Assembly (NCBI GenBank): GCA_973895155.1
Contig: OZ316898.1
Span: 19,417,292 to 19,481,291 of the forward strand
Length of the DNA: 64,000 bases
Direction of reading: 5' to 3'
Source of the DNA: Marsupella aquatica
Lineage: Eukaryota; Plantae; Marchantiophyta
Below the pieces are notes generated by a model. It was given only the letters and a program-made list of their open reading frames with translations. It was not told where the DNA came from and ran no database searches. The first letter of the stretch is position 1. Every line of letters begins with the position of its first letter. Made by a program: the position numbers and the translations under genes. Shown piece after piece: positions 36,987-49,908 of this stretch.

Positions 36987-37093
36987 CCAGGGATTTTGAA
37001 TTTGTCATGATACCTCCATTGACCATCAGTTGGGTTCGGCCAGGGATTTTGAATTTGTCATGATACCTTCATTGACCATCAGTTGGGTTCGGC
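36987..37093. repeat. 53-bp tandem duplication
   Basis: CCAGGGATTTTGAATTTGTCATGATACCT(C/T)CATTGACCATCAGTTGGGTTCGG twice. Confidence 0.95.
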
Positions 37094-40000
37094 ACCTAAG
37101 CAAATCTTTTTCATCCGGATTACGCTAGGCAGTCAAGGGCTTTTTTGGTGACTTAGTGACAGGTATGCATCAGTTTGTTGAGGGACTCTGAGCGTCAAGG
37201 ACTAACCTTTCCATCATTCATTGTTGTTCCCAGAAGTCTTATATCAATAATGTGGGAGTTGGGCAGTACCAATTCTACGTCACGTTTCTTGTTTGCCTTG
37301 ATACATTGGCTTCCCCATTAGATTAGATATGAGGAGACAAGCACAGTGGGAGGAGCCATCTCAAAATTCTGGAGGGCTTCATCCCCATCCAAGCAAGGTT
37401 TCTGGCATCTAAGTGTATGTTGGAACTTGGGAGGATGGAAGATTTAGGGTAGCCCCCAATCTCCCTCACAACATTGTTCCTTCCCTCCTTTGAGAGCGGG
37501 ACCGACATGTTGCCGGGCATTGAAACTATCCGATTCGTCCGAATTAGATATGCAGCTGTTGCAATTTTAAGGAACTGTTGAATAGATCGTGCAACAGGTA
37601 AGTTATCCCTTAAAGATATTCCCAAATCAGCTGTGTGTATCTTTCCTGACAGTGCCCCTTGTCTCTCCCCAGTTGTACACCATCGAGGTTGGGAAAGGAG
37701 ACTTTCTGAGAAATCTAGAAATGCGCCGCAAATTCAGTCAATCGAAATCTACGAAGCTCCTGATTCTCTATTATTTGGCAAGGTATCCACCAATTGGGCT
37801 TGAACAGGCAATGGCTATCCTTCTGGCATCTTGGGCACCCACCTCTTTGCCAGCGGGCAAAAAAAAGTGGGTGGGTTATAAGGGATGAATCTCGTCACAG
37901 TATTATTACTCGACAAAGAAAAAACCAAACACCTCTTGCTTTGCAGATTGGACACATCGTTCAGTTAAAAATGGGGAAAAGGTACGAATCTTGTGCCAAG
38001 TGCTGTTAGTCGAGAAATAAAGCCAAGCAGAGCTTGCTTTGCAGAGTTGACAAAGCGTTCAGTTTCAGCTGGATTGATTGGACATGGGCCCCACGAAAAG
38101 AGGCTAACTTTTGACTTTGAAGTCCAGAAGTGCTGAAAGGAAATGCCTTGGAAAGATATATGAACGGTGTCTGACCACTGAGTGCACACTTCAGTGTAAT
38201 TATAACATTAAATTTCACCAACCGTGGTCCCTTGCTGACCTTTTGGGGTACTTTTATGATATTTAATTATACACTTTTGTGGGCATGTTATGAGGTACAA
38301 AACCAATGCCCTTGCATTGCACAAAAAGTGTAGAGGTGAAGCAAAGAAGTGCAGGTGAGACAATGACATTGTTGAACAATCTTACATGTCATGGATGCAA
38401 GGGTGTCTCTTCAAGGCAAGGAAGTCCTCGATGGAAGCAAATGTTGTTGAGGCACAAAGTCAATGAGGAGAGGAAGTGTTGTAGAGGCAAGGAAGGATTG
38501 TCTAGGGTGTTGTTGATGTCGGGTTAATGCAAAAGTGTTGTCAAAGCAAAACCTAGTCAACAGCACGACACATTGGGTAATGCCATGGTACCGTGAAGTG
38601 CTATTAACCATTATTTTGTCAAGAGGGCGAGTTGTTGAGTAATGGACTGCTCAAAGACAACATGCTCATGTGAAACATGTAACAAGCAAGTAATGGACGC
38701 TAGAGATCTGTGGTTCACCTCTCCAAAAGTTATGTCCATAGTAACACACAAGATAACTTTATTGAACTCTAGACCTGTAGGTCATACCAAATCTACACAA
38801 CCCAAGCTCTCCCTATCTCTTAGATAACTTTATAAAATGAATCTAAGTTCCACCCACAAGCTAAGTCTTGCAAGTGAATAGAGTAGGACACATCTGAGGA
38901 CACATCTAACTTTAATCAAGTACTTGACTACGGCTAGACTAACTGTAGTTACCGAGTAAGTCTAACCCAAGAGTAAATGACTAGCCAAAGTGTAAATGCC
39001 TAAGATGAGCAAGGAAGGGAAATGAGGGAGAGGCTGGACTTGGGCAAAGGGAGGTAGCTCACAAGAGCGGGCATAGGCATGCTTTAGGCAAGGCTTTAGG
39101 AGGTGTCTAGGGGAGATCCAATGGTGACCAGAAACGGCCCATCAAATATGAATCAATCAGCAAATGGGTAGCGCGCTCAAGTGCCCTAAGCTCATCTGTG
39201 GTCAAAGAATGGGCAGTCAAGCTAGTTTGACAAAAACCTGCATACCACTATACAGTAACTCTTTCTTGAAGATGGATTGAGCATGCACTAAACCAGATGT
39301 TCCATTCCTTGATAAGTGCACACCCCCTAAAAGGTGCACTTATTGATAAGTGTACATGATTTATATCTGTACCTCCTATCCCTGCCCTAAATTCTATGCA
39401 CAAACTTTCTTAGTGCATTTTTAGCTCTACTGAGAATGGGCATTCATTCACTAATAAATGCAATTTTATGAGACTGTCCGTTACTGAGGGGTTACTGACA
39501 AGTGCATGTAGATCATAAGCACTTGTAAAGTTATTGTTATTTTAGCAAAATGATGTCAGGCATGTGTGCACTTAGAACGCATGCTTGAAAAGTGCTTATT
39601 TGTGTAAAATAAAGGGAAGAAGATGATACCCTGCGTCTAATCAGGTAATGCACTTTGGGAAGAATTATAGGATGCTATGCGCTTAAATGCCACTGGCCAT
39701 CAGGTTTGGGGAGGACAACAGAGTGCAATTGTTTATTTTAAGGACTGATACAAGGGGGAGTCATATTGCTTATATTGCCCATGTGCCTGGACATACAACA
39801 GCCAAGGTAGCCCGACTCAACGAGGAAGCCTATGCAGTTTGCTACCTAGGGGATCTCTTCTACCCTTTTGTACATTAGGTTTCTAGTGCTTTTCACCCTA
39901 CCTTTGACCAGTTCCTTCAAGCTCGTGCAGTTTCTGGTATTGTGTGGAGGCCTTTCCCCCTTGTATCTGTCCTCACAATCTTCTTTCAATAGAGGGTGTC

Positions 40001-40169
40001 TGTTGCACTTCAGAGGGCCCAGGTTTTCACTCTCCTTCGTAGGGCTGAGGCAGTTAGTTTTAGGACCTCTAGTTAGATTCCTCTCCGGGATCCTCCTATG
40101 TGGTTTACTCCAGAGCTCTACCAGGCTTTTCAGTTCTTGGATCAGTAGGGTGTTAGTCTTGTAGGCCTC

Positions 40170-40342
40170 TTCGTAGGTGAACGGTTTTTGGCTTTGTCTT
40201 TGTTCAGTTGTAGTTGTAGGGGGCTCCTTGGCTTGATTGTTTTGGCCTCCTTTTCCCTTCCTTCCCCCCGTTATTGGGCTGCTTTGCCATTGGGACCATG
40301 TCTCCTGGTTTAGCAATTTTGCCTTTTTGGCAGTGTCATATT
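40170..40342 (+). mobile_element. Pyrimidine-rich dispersed repeat (retroposon 3'-end-like); inverted relatives at 41391-41532 and 53570-53890
   Basis: CCTTCCCCCCGTTATTGGGCTGCTTTGCCATTGGGACCATGTCTCC..TTTTGCCTTTTTGGCAGTGTCATAT aligns with the reverse complements of 41391-41532 and 53570-53650. Confidence 0.6.
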
Positions 40343-40640
40343 CTGTGTGATATACAACAAAGTGGAATTGTTTATTTTCTTGAGAACATTCTGAACTTAT
40401 TTTAGTGACCTTGATCCATCACATTTAGCATCGTGGCCAGTGGGGCTTTAACCAGGTATTGAGCTTAGACAGAGCCAAGAACATTTTGAAACTTATTTTA
40501 GTGATCAGGATCCATCAGATTGGCCAGTGGGGCTTGAACGAGTCAATGTGCTTACTGGGATTTACTGCTGTAGGTTGCCACTCTTTTTTGGTATAATACA
40601 TACATTGTCACAGAATTGTTTTTTAATCTATCATTCATAA

Positions 40641-41085
40641 TGCCACTCTTTTTGTTTGTGGGTTAAGAAAACTAACATTGGTTAGCTCCTTCACGTCTAA
40701 TGGTTATCATCACACCCAATTTCCTAATGAAACGGTCTAAGTAGTCTCCCTCAACATGACCTTGACCACCCTTGGACCAAGAGGTGGGTTGGGTGGTCCT
40801 GTCCCACCATCCTACCAAGGGCCTCTGTCTAATGCCAGCCTGAACCTGTGCAAGGATGTTCAAAGTGGGTTGGGTGGTCCTGTCCCTCCATCCCACGGAT
40901 GACCTTGGTCTAATGCTACCCTGTACCTGTGCGTAGCCTTTGCCCCAGTACTTTTGAGTATGGCCAAAGTCACATTGAGGAAGACCCAGGCCATCTGATC
41001 GTAAAATTGGATGTGATAACAAGCACTGGATATGACGGAGCTAACCTGGGTTAGTTTTCTTTACCCACAAAGAGAACGAGTGGCA
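40641..41085. mobile_element. MITE-like element with ~36-bp terminal inverted repeats
   Basis: Left TGCCACTCTTTTTGTTTGTGGGTTAAGAAAACTAAC; right GTTAGTTTTCTTTACCCACAAAGAGAACGAGTGGCA; flanks TAA / TAG (imperfect 3-bp TSD, Tourist-like); internal ~80-bp duplication at 40783-40932. Confidence 0.65.
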
Positions 41086-41390
41086 TAGTGATAAATAGAA
41101 AAAATGGGTGTCAAGATTTATATTGTGCCAAAAAAGAATGGAAATCTAGTAAATCCCAAAATAATATTATAGAATGTGCATATGGTGCCCAAAAAGAATG
41201 ACAATCTAGTAAATACCAAAATAATATTATTGACTGAACTTTCAGTTCAGTTTTGTGGTGAGGGCCCAAAATGCCTCCAAAATTGATTTTTGTGCATATT
41301 ATTTTTGCACATATGATTCTGAAAAATACAGTGTACAATACTAAAAAGAGGGTATTTATAACAGTTCAGCTTTTTGGTCACGGGCCTATA

Positions 41391-41532
41391 TATATGACAG
41401 TGCCAAAGGGCAAAAAATGCCAAAGTGGGAGACAAGATCCCCAAGGCAAAGCAACCCAAAGAAGCCAAAGTGGGAAACAAGATCCCAAAGGCAAAGCAAC
41501 CCAGAGAAGGGGGGAAAGGAGGGGAAAGGGCC
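41391..41532 (-). repeat. Dispersed repeat copy (with internal ~45-bp duplication) just upstream of RPN8
   Basis: GCCAAAGTGGGA.ACAAGATCCC.AAGGCAAAGCAACCCA twice; same family as 40170-40342 and 53570-53890. Confidence 0.7.
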
Positions 41533-41935
41533 TGGTAAAATGTGCGCTCAGAGGAGCATGATATTATAGAATGTGCGCTTAGAGCCTACTGTAGCCCAAG
41601 TGAAATTTAAAATAAATAAAAAATAAACTATTGACATTGGGTGACACACGCAAAGCCTCTCCCCAAACCCCAAACTCCTCCGATTCCTCTTTCTCAAGCT
41701 CTGGTCTTCTCTCTCTCTCTCCCTCTCCCTCTCTCAACATTCAATCAGTCTGGCTCTTCAATCGAGGCTACGATCGTCACTCAATCGTTCATACGACCTT
41801 CATTCAACCGTGTGCGGCACTTCAATCGGTAGCGAGTTCGTCATTCAATCGTTAATAAGTTGCTCCGGGTCCTGAAGTCGTCGTCTCGCGATTGTGGGCT
41901 GAGAATCGTGAAAGTTGGGTGAAGCGTATTTCGAT

Positions 41936-41970
41936 CAGAGCAGAGCAGAGCAGAGCAGAGCAGAGCAGAG
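41936..41970 (+). repeat. (CAGAG)7 microsatellite in the RPN8 5' leader
   Basis: Read directly. Confidence 0.95.
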
Positions 41971-42049
41971 AGGCGGGGATCGAAGCGGCGGTGATTGGAA
42001 TCAGCGAGGCGGGCAAGAAAGGGAAGCAGCAGGACGAGGAAGGGCCGGT

Positions 42050-45000
42050 ATGGATGTGGTGACGACGAGTCAAGGGGGAGGGTCAATAGAGAAGGTGGTC
42101 GTGCACCCCCTTGTGTTGCTGAGCATCGTCGACAACTACACGCGCTGCGCCAAGGACTCGACGAAACGCGTCATCGGTGTCCTGCTCGGTGCGGTGCATC
42201 GTGGTCGCGTCGACATTACCAACTCCTATGCCGGTACTCCTGTTACCTTCCGGTTTTGCGCTGTTTGTGCCATCTGCCTGCTCTCTATCCAGCATGCAGT
42301 AGGGGCGTTCGTGTCTTTGCCGGTAAATGTGTTCTCTTTGAAAATTCGGTCGGACTGTCTCTTCGTCTTCTTTCGTCACGAGAATCCGAGCTCCTAAATA
42401 TTAGTGACATCGTAGATAACCGACGGATCTTCATGAATCTGGTTCTCTTACGCTTGTTCATCTCCACTGGAACAGAATTTTTTTGCCCTAAAATGTGGTA
42501 GATAACCATCTTCAACGACCTGCTGGAGCCTCTGATCATCCCCTTGCTTGCTCTATCCCTAATGGGTTTCGCCGGTGTGATGGCCTTATCGTAGATGCAG
42601 CTGATGGGATGCCGGTATCTCTAATTCCCTCGGACGTCGTGTACTTCTCAGTACTACTTTGATTGCCTTGAGCGTCCCTTGTGTCATCTCTCAGTGTTGG
42701 AACATGTTTGGAATGGACTCACGAAGGAGCTTTCTTGTGCTGATTTGTTTTCTTTGAGGCGCACTGGTAGAGTTGGATGGAATGCGTTTTCTGGATATCA
42801 GACGCCACTCTGGCAGACCTAGCAAGGGTTTTCTGTAGAGACACTACCCGATGTATGCAGCTTCCTCTGTGTAGTAGGTTTTCGGCCAGGGTTTTGGAGT
42901 ATACTCTTTCGCACAAGAAATTTGGCAAAGGAATTTCCTGTCGCTTACTTTATTTCATGTACTTTTGAATTGGACCAGTGCCCTTTGAGGAAGATGAGAA
43001 GTCTCCGAGCATCTGGTTTTTGGACCACAACTATCATGAGGCAATGTTTGACATGTTCAAGAGAATCAACGGTACGAAAGCCAGCTCTCGACATGCTTGT
43101 CAGTGTGTTTGTTAAGGTTTTAGAGTTCTCTTTTGGTTTTTGTTGAATCTCAGTCAACCGCTGGCGAGCTTCCTTATAAAAATGTATCCTGTGGGTTTTG
43201 TTATGCAGCCAAGGAGCATGTCGTAGGGTGGTACAGCACAGGCCCAAAGCTAAGGGAGAATGACCTTGATATTCATGAACTCTTTCGGGAGTAAGTAAAA
43301 CCATGAAATTTGCAACCTACAGAGTTGATGATCTGGTCTTGATTTTGCTAACTGTACATTGATAGAAAAAAGGAATGATGGTCTGATAAAGTAGCTGGTT
43401 GCTTGCAGTTATGCTTCCAATCCAGTGTTGGTGATCATTGATGTGCAGCCCAAAGAGCTTGGCATTCCGACCAAGGCTTACTATGCTGTTGAGGAAGTCA
43501 AGGAGGTGAATTTTCCAACTGGTGGCCAGTTTTTGAGTTTTTGACTGCAGTCATATCGCCGAAAATTCTTAGTTGTATCGATACTGCATTTACTGCAAAC
43601 TATACCCTATTCTTTTGAAGGGGCATCAGTGACAGAGTCATGCACCTTGTTTTTTAGTTTCGGTCCCCTCTTTCAGTTAGCTTGTCTCCAGAATACTATA
43701 GAATTGTGGAATGCGTAGTCTCTGGCTTCCTCTTCTCAATGTATCTGTCAGTCTTGTCCCTGTCTATGCAAGACATACTCTTAGGGCATAAGGCTTCACA
43801 GCGGATCCTCACCTTCAACTTTTGCTTGTCTCTATCACCCAGGATGCAACTCAAAAAAGTCAAAAGGCCTTTGTACATGTTGCGTCCGAGATTGGTGCTT
43901 ACGAAGCGGAAGAAATTGGTATGCCCACCGTTGTTTAGATGGAAGGTGGCAAATGCTACAATTGGGCTGTTTCAGCAGAAAGAAAGTTTGTTGCGCTTGT
44001 CCAACTAGAGTTCACGTTGCATTGTACTGGGTAATGGTTGGGCGTCAAATTTGTGTAAAAAGCTGAGGTCCAAAGTCTGACGCTCTTTTCGTGATGGGTT
44101 AATATAGATCTATAAGGATCGTGACATTGCATTAAATATGGATGTGTCGTCAAAATGTGAATATGCGTCTTGAACCTTCGAAACACCACATTGACTCCTT
44201 CTCATGATGTCTGACGCAGGAGTTGAGCATCTCTTAAGGGATGTAAAAGATGCAACTGTTAGTACACTTGCAACAGAGGTCAGGCATCTTAAAGTGTTCA
44301 ACTGGTTTCTGTGAACAGGCAGTAAAATTTGCAGATTTTCCTAGTACTATTGTGCCAGTTTTTGGCAGGATATACTCGCATTTTAACCTGAGTACTGAGT
44401 GACGTCACTTTGACAGGTGGGAGGAAAGCTAGTAGCGTTGAAGGGATTGGAGGCTAGACTCAAAGAAATCCAGTCATATCTTGACCATGTTGTGGATGGC
44501 AAACTACCCATAAACCATGAGATCTTGTATCATCTACAGGTAATTTATCATCTTAAATCCCATCATTTAATCCTAATCTCTCAAAAGCATGCCCTGGAAT
44601 GAAGGTCACGCGTCAACGCTCTTATTATCTTAGACGGACATCGTGGACTTTTTACCACATTTACAGTCTTTGCGCTCAAAATTTATTTTGCAGGATGTCT
44701 TCAACTTACTCCCGAATCTCAATGTGCACGAATTGGTCAAGTCTTTTGCCGGTGAGAGGTTTTCTTGGATACTTTGATTATCTTGTCATGAAATCATAAA
44801 AAGAGAGGAGTCCAAGTGGTTATGGCATGATGCTGTCACTTGCAAGATCCCAGGCTTTAACGAATGGCCATGAATTATCGGAAACCTAATAGGATTACAG
44901 CGGCAAGACTTGATGCATCATAATTATACGATGTTTTGCAATTTGGTGAATGAATCAAAATGTTGGGATTTTCCTTTTAGAGCGTAGGGTCTACTGGCTT

Positions 45001-45480
45001 TTGCTTTAAGATCTGGCAATTTAAAAAAAAAAATCCAAGAGGCAGTGTGGTTTAAGCAGTGTTTAGTTTTTGATTATATTCATGACCTTAACGAGCTTTT
45101 GCATTGTTGGATGCGCAGTGAAAACAAATGATATGATGCTTGTGATCTACCTATCGTCACTCATTCGCAGTGTTGTTGCTCTGCATAACCTTATCAACAA
45201 TAAGGTATGCTTTCATCCATTCTGCTGACAAGTGTAAGGAGCAACTCGAATAATCTTCTTTCTCATTCTTCACCTTTGCCCAGCTTATTCACAGACAGGC
45301 AGGCAGGTCCGCACCAGGCAGTCGGTTTGAACAAAAGAAAAGTGGCTGTTTTTGGTTCTCCTGTAACGCCCTCGGTGCCATGCATATTTTGTGCAGATGC
45401 TGAACAAGGAGCACGAAAGGCTTGCTGACGCAACAACATCAGGAATGTCTGCAATTACAGTTGGTGGTCCGAGTAGTTAA
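42050..45480 (+). CDS. RPN8: 26S proteasome regulatory lid subunit RPN8 (PSMD7, MPN domain); exons 42050-42233, 42979-43071, 43209-43290, 43409-43505, 43843-43918, 44220-44278, 44417-44539, 44694-44751, 45119-45204, 45397-45480; 313 aa
   Basis: [117 protein letters not shown]; 942 nt in frame. Confidence 0.97.
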
Positions 45481-48467
45481 CTCTAGTATCCCATCCCTGC
45501 TTGATTGTAGTTAGTCTTCTCACTTTAATTCTCTTCCTTTAAGCGAAATAGGTACGAAAGTTGGAGCTCTGGGTGGGGGTATTAGGATAATGAAATTGAT
45601 TTGCACACCTGGAATGTCAAATCTTGACTCACATACGGAAAAGTAGCTGTGATAAAGGATCCATCGAGGCAAAAATGCAATCAGCCCTCAATTTTGTGTT
45701 TCAGCCGACAACTTTAGCTGTCTGCTGACTGGTTGATGGCTTTGCTGGATTGAGTACTGTACAGAAAGAACACAAAGCAATGTGCGTATCTTTGATGTTG
45801 GATTATTTTTAAGGAACAAAGATTTGACTTCAGCTGCAGGATGACCATCATTGAATTGCAAAGGCCCAGGGTTCAAGAATAATTTTGCAATGGTCTTGAT
45901 ACTCCCGAGTAGTGCCAGTTTTGCTCAACGTCATCACGAATTGGTAGTTGGCGCTTTGTCAAGTGTAGCCGTCCCCAAGTCTGTCTGTGATCCCTTGTCA
46001 GTATCCGTGAAATCTACGTGAAAGGACACAACTCGGCCACCTTCTCAGTTTCATTGAATGAATTGGTGGATCTCCCTTGTCAGGTGCTCAATCCGTAATA
46101 CATTGACCTTACAAGGTGCCGAGTAATCATACCACAAACACGGGCTTCAGAGTTGTTTCACAGAAGCACTCTCTCTAAGGCTGGTTATTCGATGCCTTTC
46201 GTGTTTGAAAACCCTTGAGGGATTTGTTTGTGACATGCAAGTCAGCTGTAAAGCTACGTGATTTTTCGTTCTTCTTGTGACAAGCAATTTGGATCCGTTT
46301 TCTTTGGACTGGAAGTTGACAAGGGAAGCTCACGGTTGATCTCTTCTTTGGAAAACATAAATGATGGAAACGTACCCGATTGGCTCTGAAGAGATTTGCC
46401 CAAAGAAACACATGTCTGTAATTTAGAGTTTCCAGGGACAAGAATGTGCTTTAATTCCTTGCACTGGTACCCTAGTGTGCCTCTGGCAGGTTTGTGTACC
46501 CACTCTCTCCAACGGATGTGTGAGGCACTTCAAAATTCAGCCTGGATGAGAGTTAAATTCGCAAATTTGCGGTACCATAGTTGGACGTACATCTCTGTGG
46601 AGTGTGGCACTTAACATGCCTTCCATGATCCACTGCTTCATGGCAAGCAAATGCAAGACCCACCATTGGCGATGGGTCCTCACAAATGGGGGATTTTCGA
46701 TTGGGTTTCTAGCAACACATGTCATGACGTCAGCTGAAATCTGGTAATACACGGCTGAAATATTGCTTCAGGGATTTCAATGATATGGAATGGGTAGATT
46801 GTCCAAAGACCCAAAACACTTCAGCCTTCTTTCACAGTGTATACAGTCACAGGTATCAGGCGTTTGGTGAGGGTCAGACATTCACGGAAAGCTTCATTGA
46901 CCACAAACCTGACTGACCTGTCACGATTTTAAGACTCACTGCAAGGGTACGAGGTTCAGGACTGGTCCCGAATTTGGTCAAATGTGGTGGATATTTGATA
47001 GTATCAAGGGATCTTGATCCGATCCCGGAATTGAAAGTTCATGCAAAGGACCCCCTTGTAATTTCAGTCAGCTGTTTCTTGGACGTACATTTTCACCAAC
47101 GTCATACTGGACAACTTCTGAAGATAACCTTCGGAGTGGTGACTAGAGTATGAAAAACTACAGTAGTCTATGTCGGAACTTAAGAAGAGGTTTGAGAGTG
47201 TTACCATAATAATTAGGGATCTGCAAATGAGATACGAGTAGTAATCGAGACTTTAAAAAAGACAATAAGTGGTGTTGGACATGTGTCATGTCTGTGGATG
47301 CAGAGCAGTTTCAAGAAGTACCTAATCCCTCACCATATTAAAAGAATTAATATAAGAACTCAACTTCGTGCAGATGTTAAGGAAAATGGTGCTGTAGTTG
47401 AAGTAGATCCCTTTTGACTAATAGTGGAGATCGTTTTCTTGGCACTGTGTTAGATTTGCCACCTCATCTCCTTTCACCTTCTGTAGAGAGAGTTTGATGA
47501 GTGGTAATTTATGAGATTGCATTTTGGCCATCGATTTCTTCTCTTCCTTCTTCCATGTTCGAGTATAGCTTTCAGTGGTACCTTGAGACAGGACGATGAT
47601 GAGCTCTGTGGCGTGAACGTTACAATGTACTCCTGCACTAGGTGTCATGGAAACTCTCCAAAAAATTCTTATTTTGTCACCCTCCAGTAAATCTTGACAC
47701 GATAGCAGTGGTAAAGACTGTGGGTGAACCTCAATCTGTATAAGACATTGGAAGCACAGTCGTGTCATCATAACTATTGCAAAGCCCTTTTCGTTGTTCT
47801 GTATTACCTCTTTCTACCTGCATCCAAGGGACCTTTACGTTGTCATGCATTACCTCGTTTCAGCTGCCAATGATTTGCATGCTCTCCTTGAGCCAAGGTT
47901 TGCTCTACTGGTATTCAGCATTCATACAACTACAGTAGAACTACAGTAGAACGATAATAATGGAGCAATCAAAATATAAAGTGCCCCCTTCCAAAAAAGG
48001 TGCCCACGTGCAATTGCTAAATCCTAACGAAGGTAATTTTAAAAGGTTTTTTTGTTGTTCCACGAGGTCGGTGAATGTCACCTTGTGTAAAGAAGAAAAT
48101 GGAAAGAATATTCCTCTTATTGCCTAATCTCTGATGGTTAGGTCTCCTAGATTTAAAGATAACCATACTATTCTGAAAAATGGGGTTTGCCACTAGGTGT
48201 AAACTTGGCTAATGAAACTTGAAAAGTATGGGGACTGTCACCAAAAAGTGGTGAAGGCTTTCTTTCAAAATGAAGTCTGGATTATCACTACTATAAGAGA
48301 AACTCAATCTTGACTATAAGAACTGCTTGCAAAAAAAGCATTTGACCAAGAGCCATGGATTGCATCCCCTGCCTATGAGAGCAGATCCAAAATTCTCGTA
48401 ATGGATGCTTTGATCAGAAATCTGGGGAAGATATCTATATGGATTCTGGCTTTGGTTAGTTTGCCAA

Positions 48468-48725
48468 GGGATTAGCCTAGAACCAAGAGGTCCCACGTTC
48501 AATCTCCCCCCCCCCCCCTCCACACATAGAGGGTGTGAAGGGTATGTGTGGGTGAGTGGGTGGGTGTACTGGTGGGAGTCCTGGTTTCTCCTCTGGCCTG
48601 CTTTGTGGCCCTGGTTCAACCCTCTCTCCTTCCTGGTCTAGATCCCTATCGGATCCCTGGGTATTGTCCCCTTGTGGCTACCCTACATAAAATTGCATGC
48701 TTCAGAGCAAAACATCTATCCTCTT
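48468..48725 (+). mobile_element. tRNA-derived SINE-like repeat, copy 2
   Basis: GGGATTAGCCTAGAACCAAGAGGTCCCACGTTCAATCTCC head; body shared with 17780-18040; contains an expanded C-run. Confidence 0.6.
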
Positions 48726-49308
48726 GCCCTTAGCTTTCAAGGAAAATACAATTATACATATAACAGTGCCAAGAGACATGGTCTCAATGGCAAAGCAGCC
48801 CAATAATGGGGGTGAAGGATGGGGAAGACAATTGCACAAATTCCTTATACAGTCTGAAAAGATGCTAACTGAATAATACAAAATTTCCCTTGCAAGAAAG
48901 ACAAACGATGACTTTACAAGACCATATAATGAGTGGAATGGTTGAATTTGGCTTCACAAGTTCTCAACGGCCCATGATCCTACATTACAAGCAGTGGTCC
49001 CAGGCAAATGCAGAGGTGGAGTCTAATTTTGTCAAGAATTTTTAGACCACTGTCAGATTACAGCACTATCCTATGCCCCCTGTATATGTTGTGTCTTCAA
49101 AGTGTGATGATCAGTATGTAAAATTCTCTTGTTCTTTTTTTCCAACAGGTGCAAGGCCTATATCAACATATGAATTTGAATATAAACAGTACCTATTCTC
49201 AGCCGTTGGAATTTTTCACATAGTTTCTGGCAATTAGATGTGCACACACTGCAGCCAACATTACTTACAATTTCGAGAAACAACCCAACACAAAGACAAC
49301 TTGGCCAT

Positions 49309-49908
49309 TCATACTCTAAGGGCTATCACATGCTGGCAAATATGGAAGGAACGCTGCACCCACTTCATCGAGCATACTCATCCGAATCCACATACGACAA
49401 TCCGGAAGTCATGGCACCACCTCAGCATCTACATCAGACGTGATTGGGCCAGACACCAAGCCAGGATTCGTGCTGGGAAATCCACACATGTTGATGGTCA
49501 CCAGCAGATGTCTCAAGACTACGGTACCTGGGATGGACTATGGACGACCCACGAAACCACACTTCAAGTCCAACCGGTCCCACCATGTCCTCCAGAAGAC
49601 CCCTTTTCACATTGCTGGTTTTGGGGTTGCACTTCAGGTAGACTGATAGTTTTTTCTCTATCATGGACCCACTGTATGGGATCTCGCAGGTCCCTGAGCA
49701 CTGGCCGGTCTTTGGAGTGTGCTGCTCCTTCTGTAGTTTTTCTAAACTTCTGGTTTGGTTTTTTGCCTCATTTTGAGGCTCAGCTCAGCTCCTTTTCTGG
49801 TGCCGGTTTTCCCGGCCACGGCACTTCGACCTTCGGTCTTTTAGGGTTGGTGTCCCTTTTTGGGGCCCACCCACGTTGTATGCTGGCTTTCCCGAGGCAA
49901 AAAAGAAG
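49309..49908 (+). mobile_element. 5'-truncated LINE (L1/Tx1-like) insertion with a 16-bp target-site duplication
   Basis: AAGACAACTTGGCCAT at 49293-49308 and 49909-49924; the insert begins in a frame reading ..AITCWQIWKERC..F.. (non-LTR ORF2 C-terminal W..IW..R motif), then has a T-rich 3' region and an AAAAAAGAAG tail. Confidence 0.85.

Noticed and set aside
36200-39200. Gene in the PLA1-RPN8 interval
   Set aside because: Only short unrelated ORFs and CpG-decayed sequence; no supportable model.
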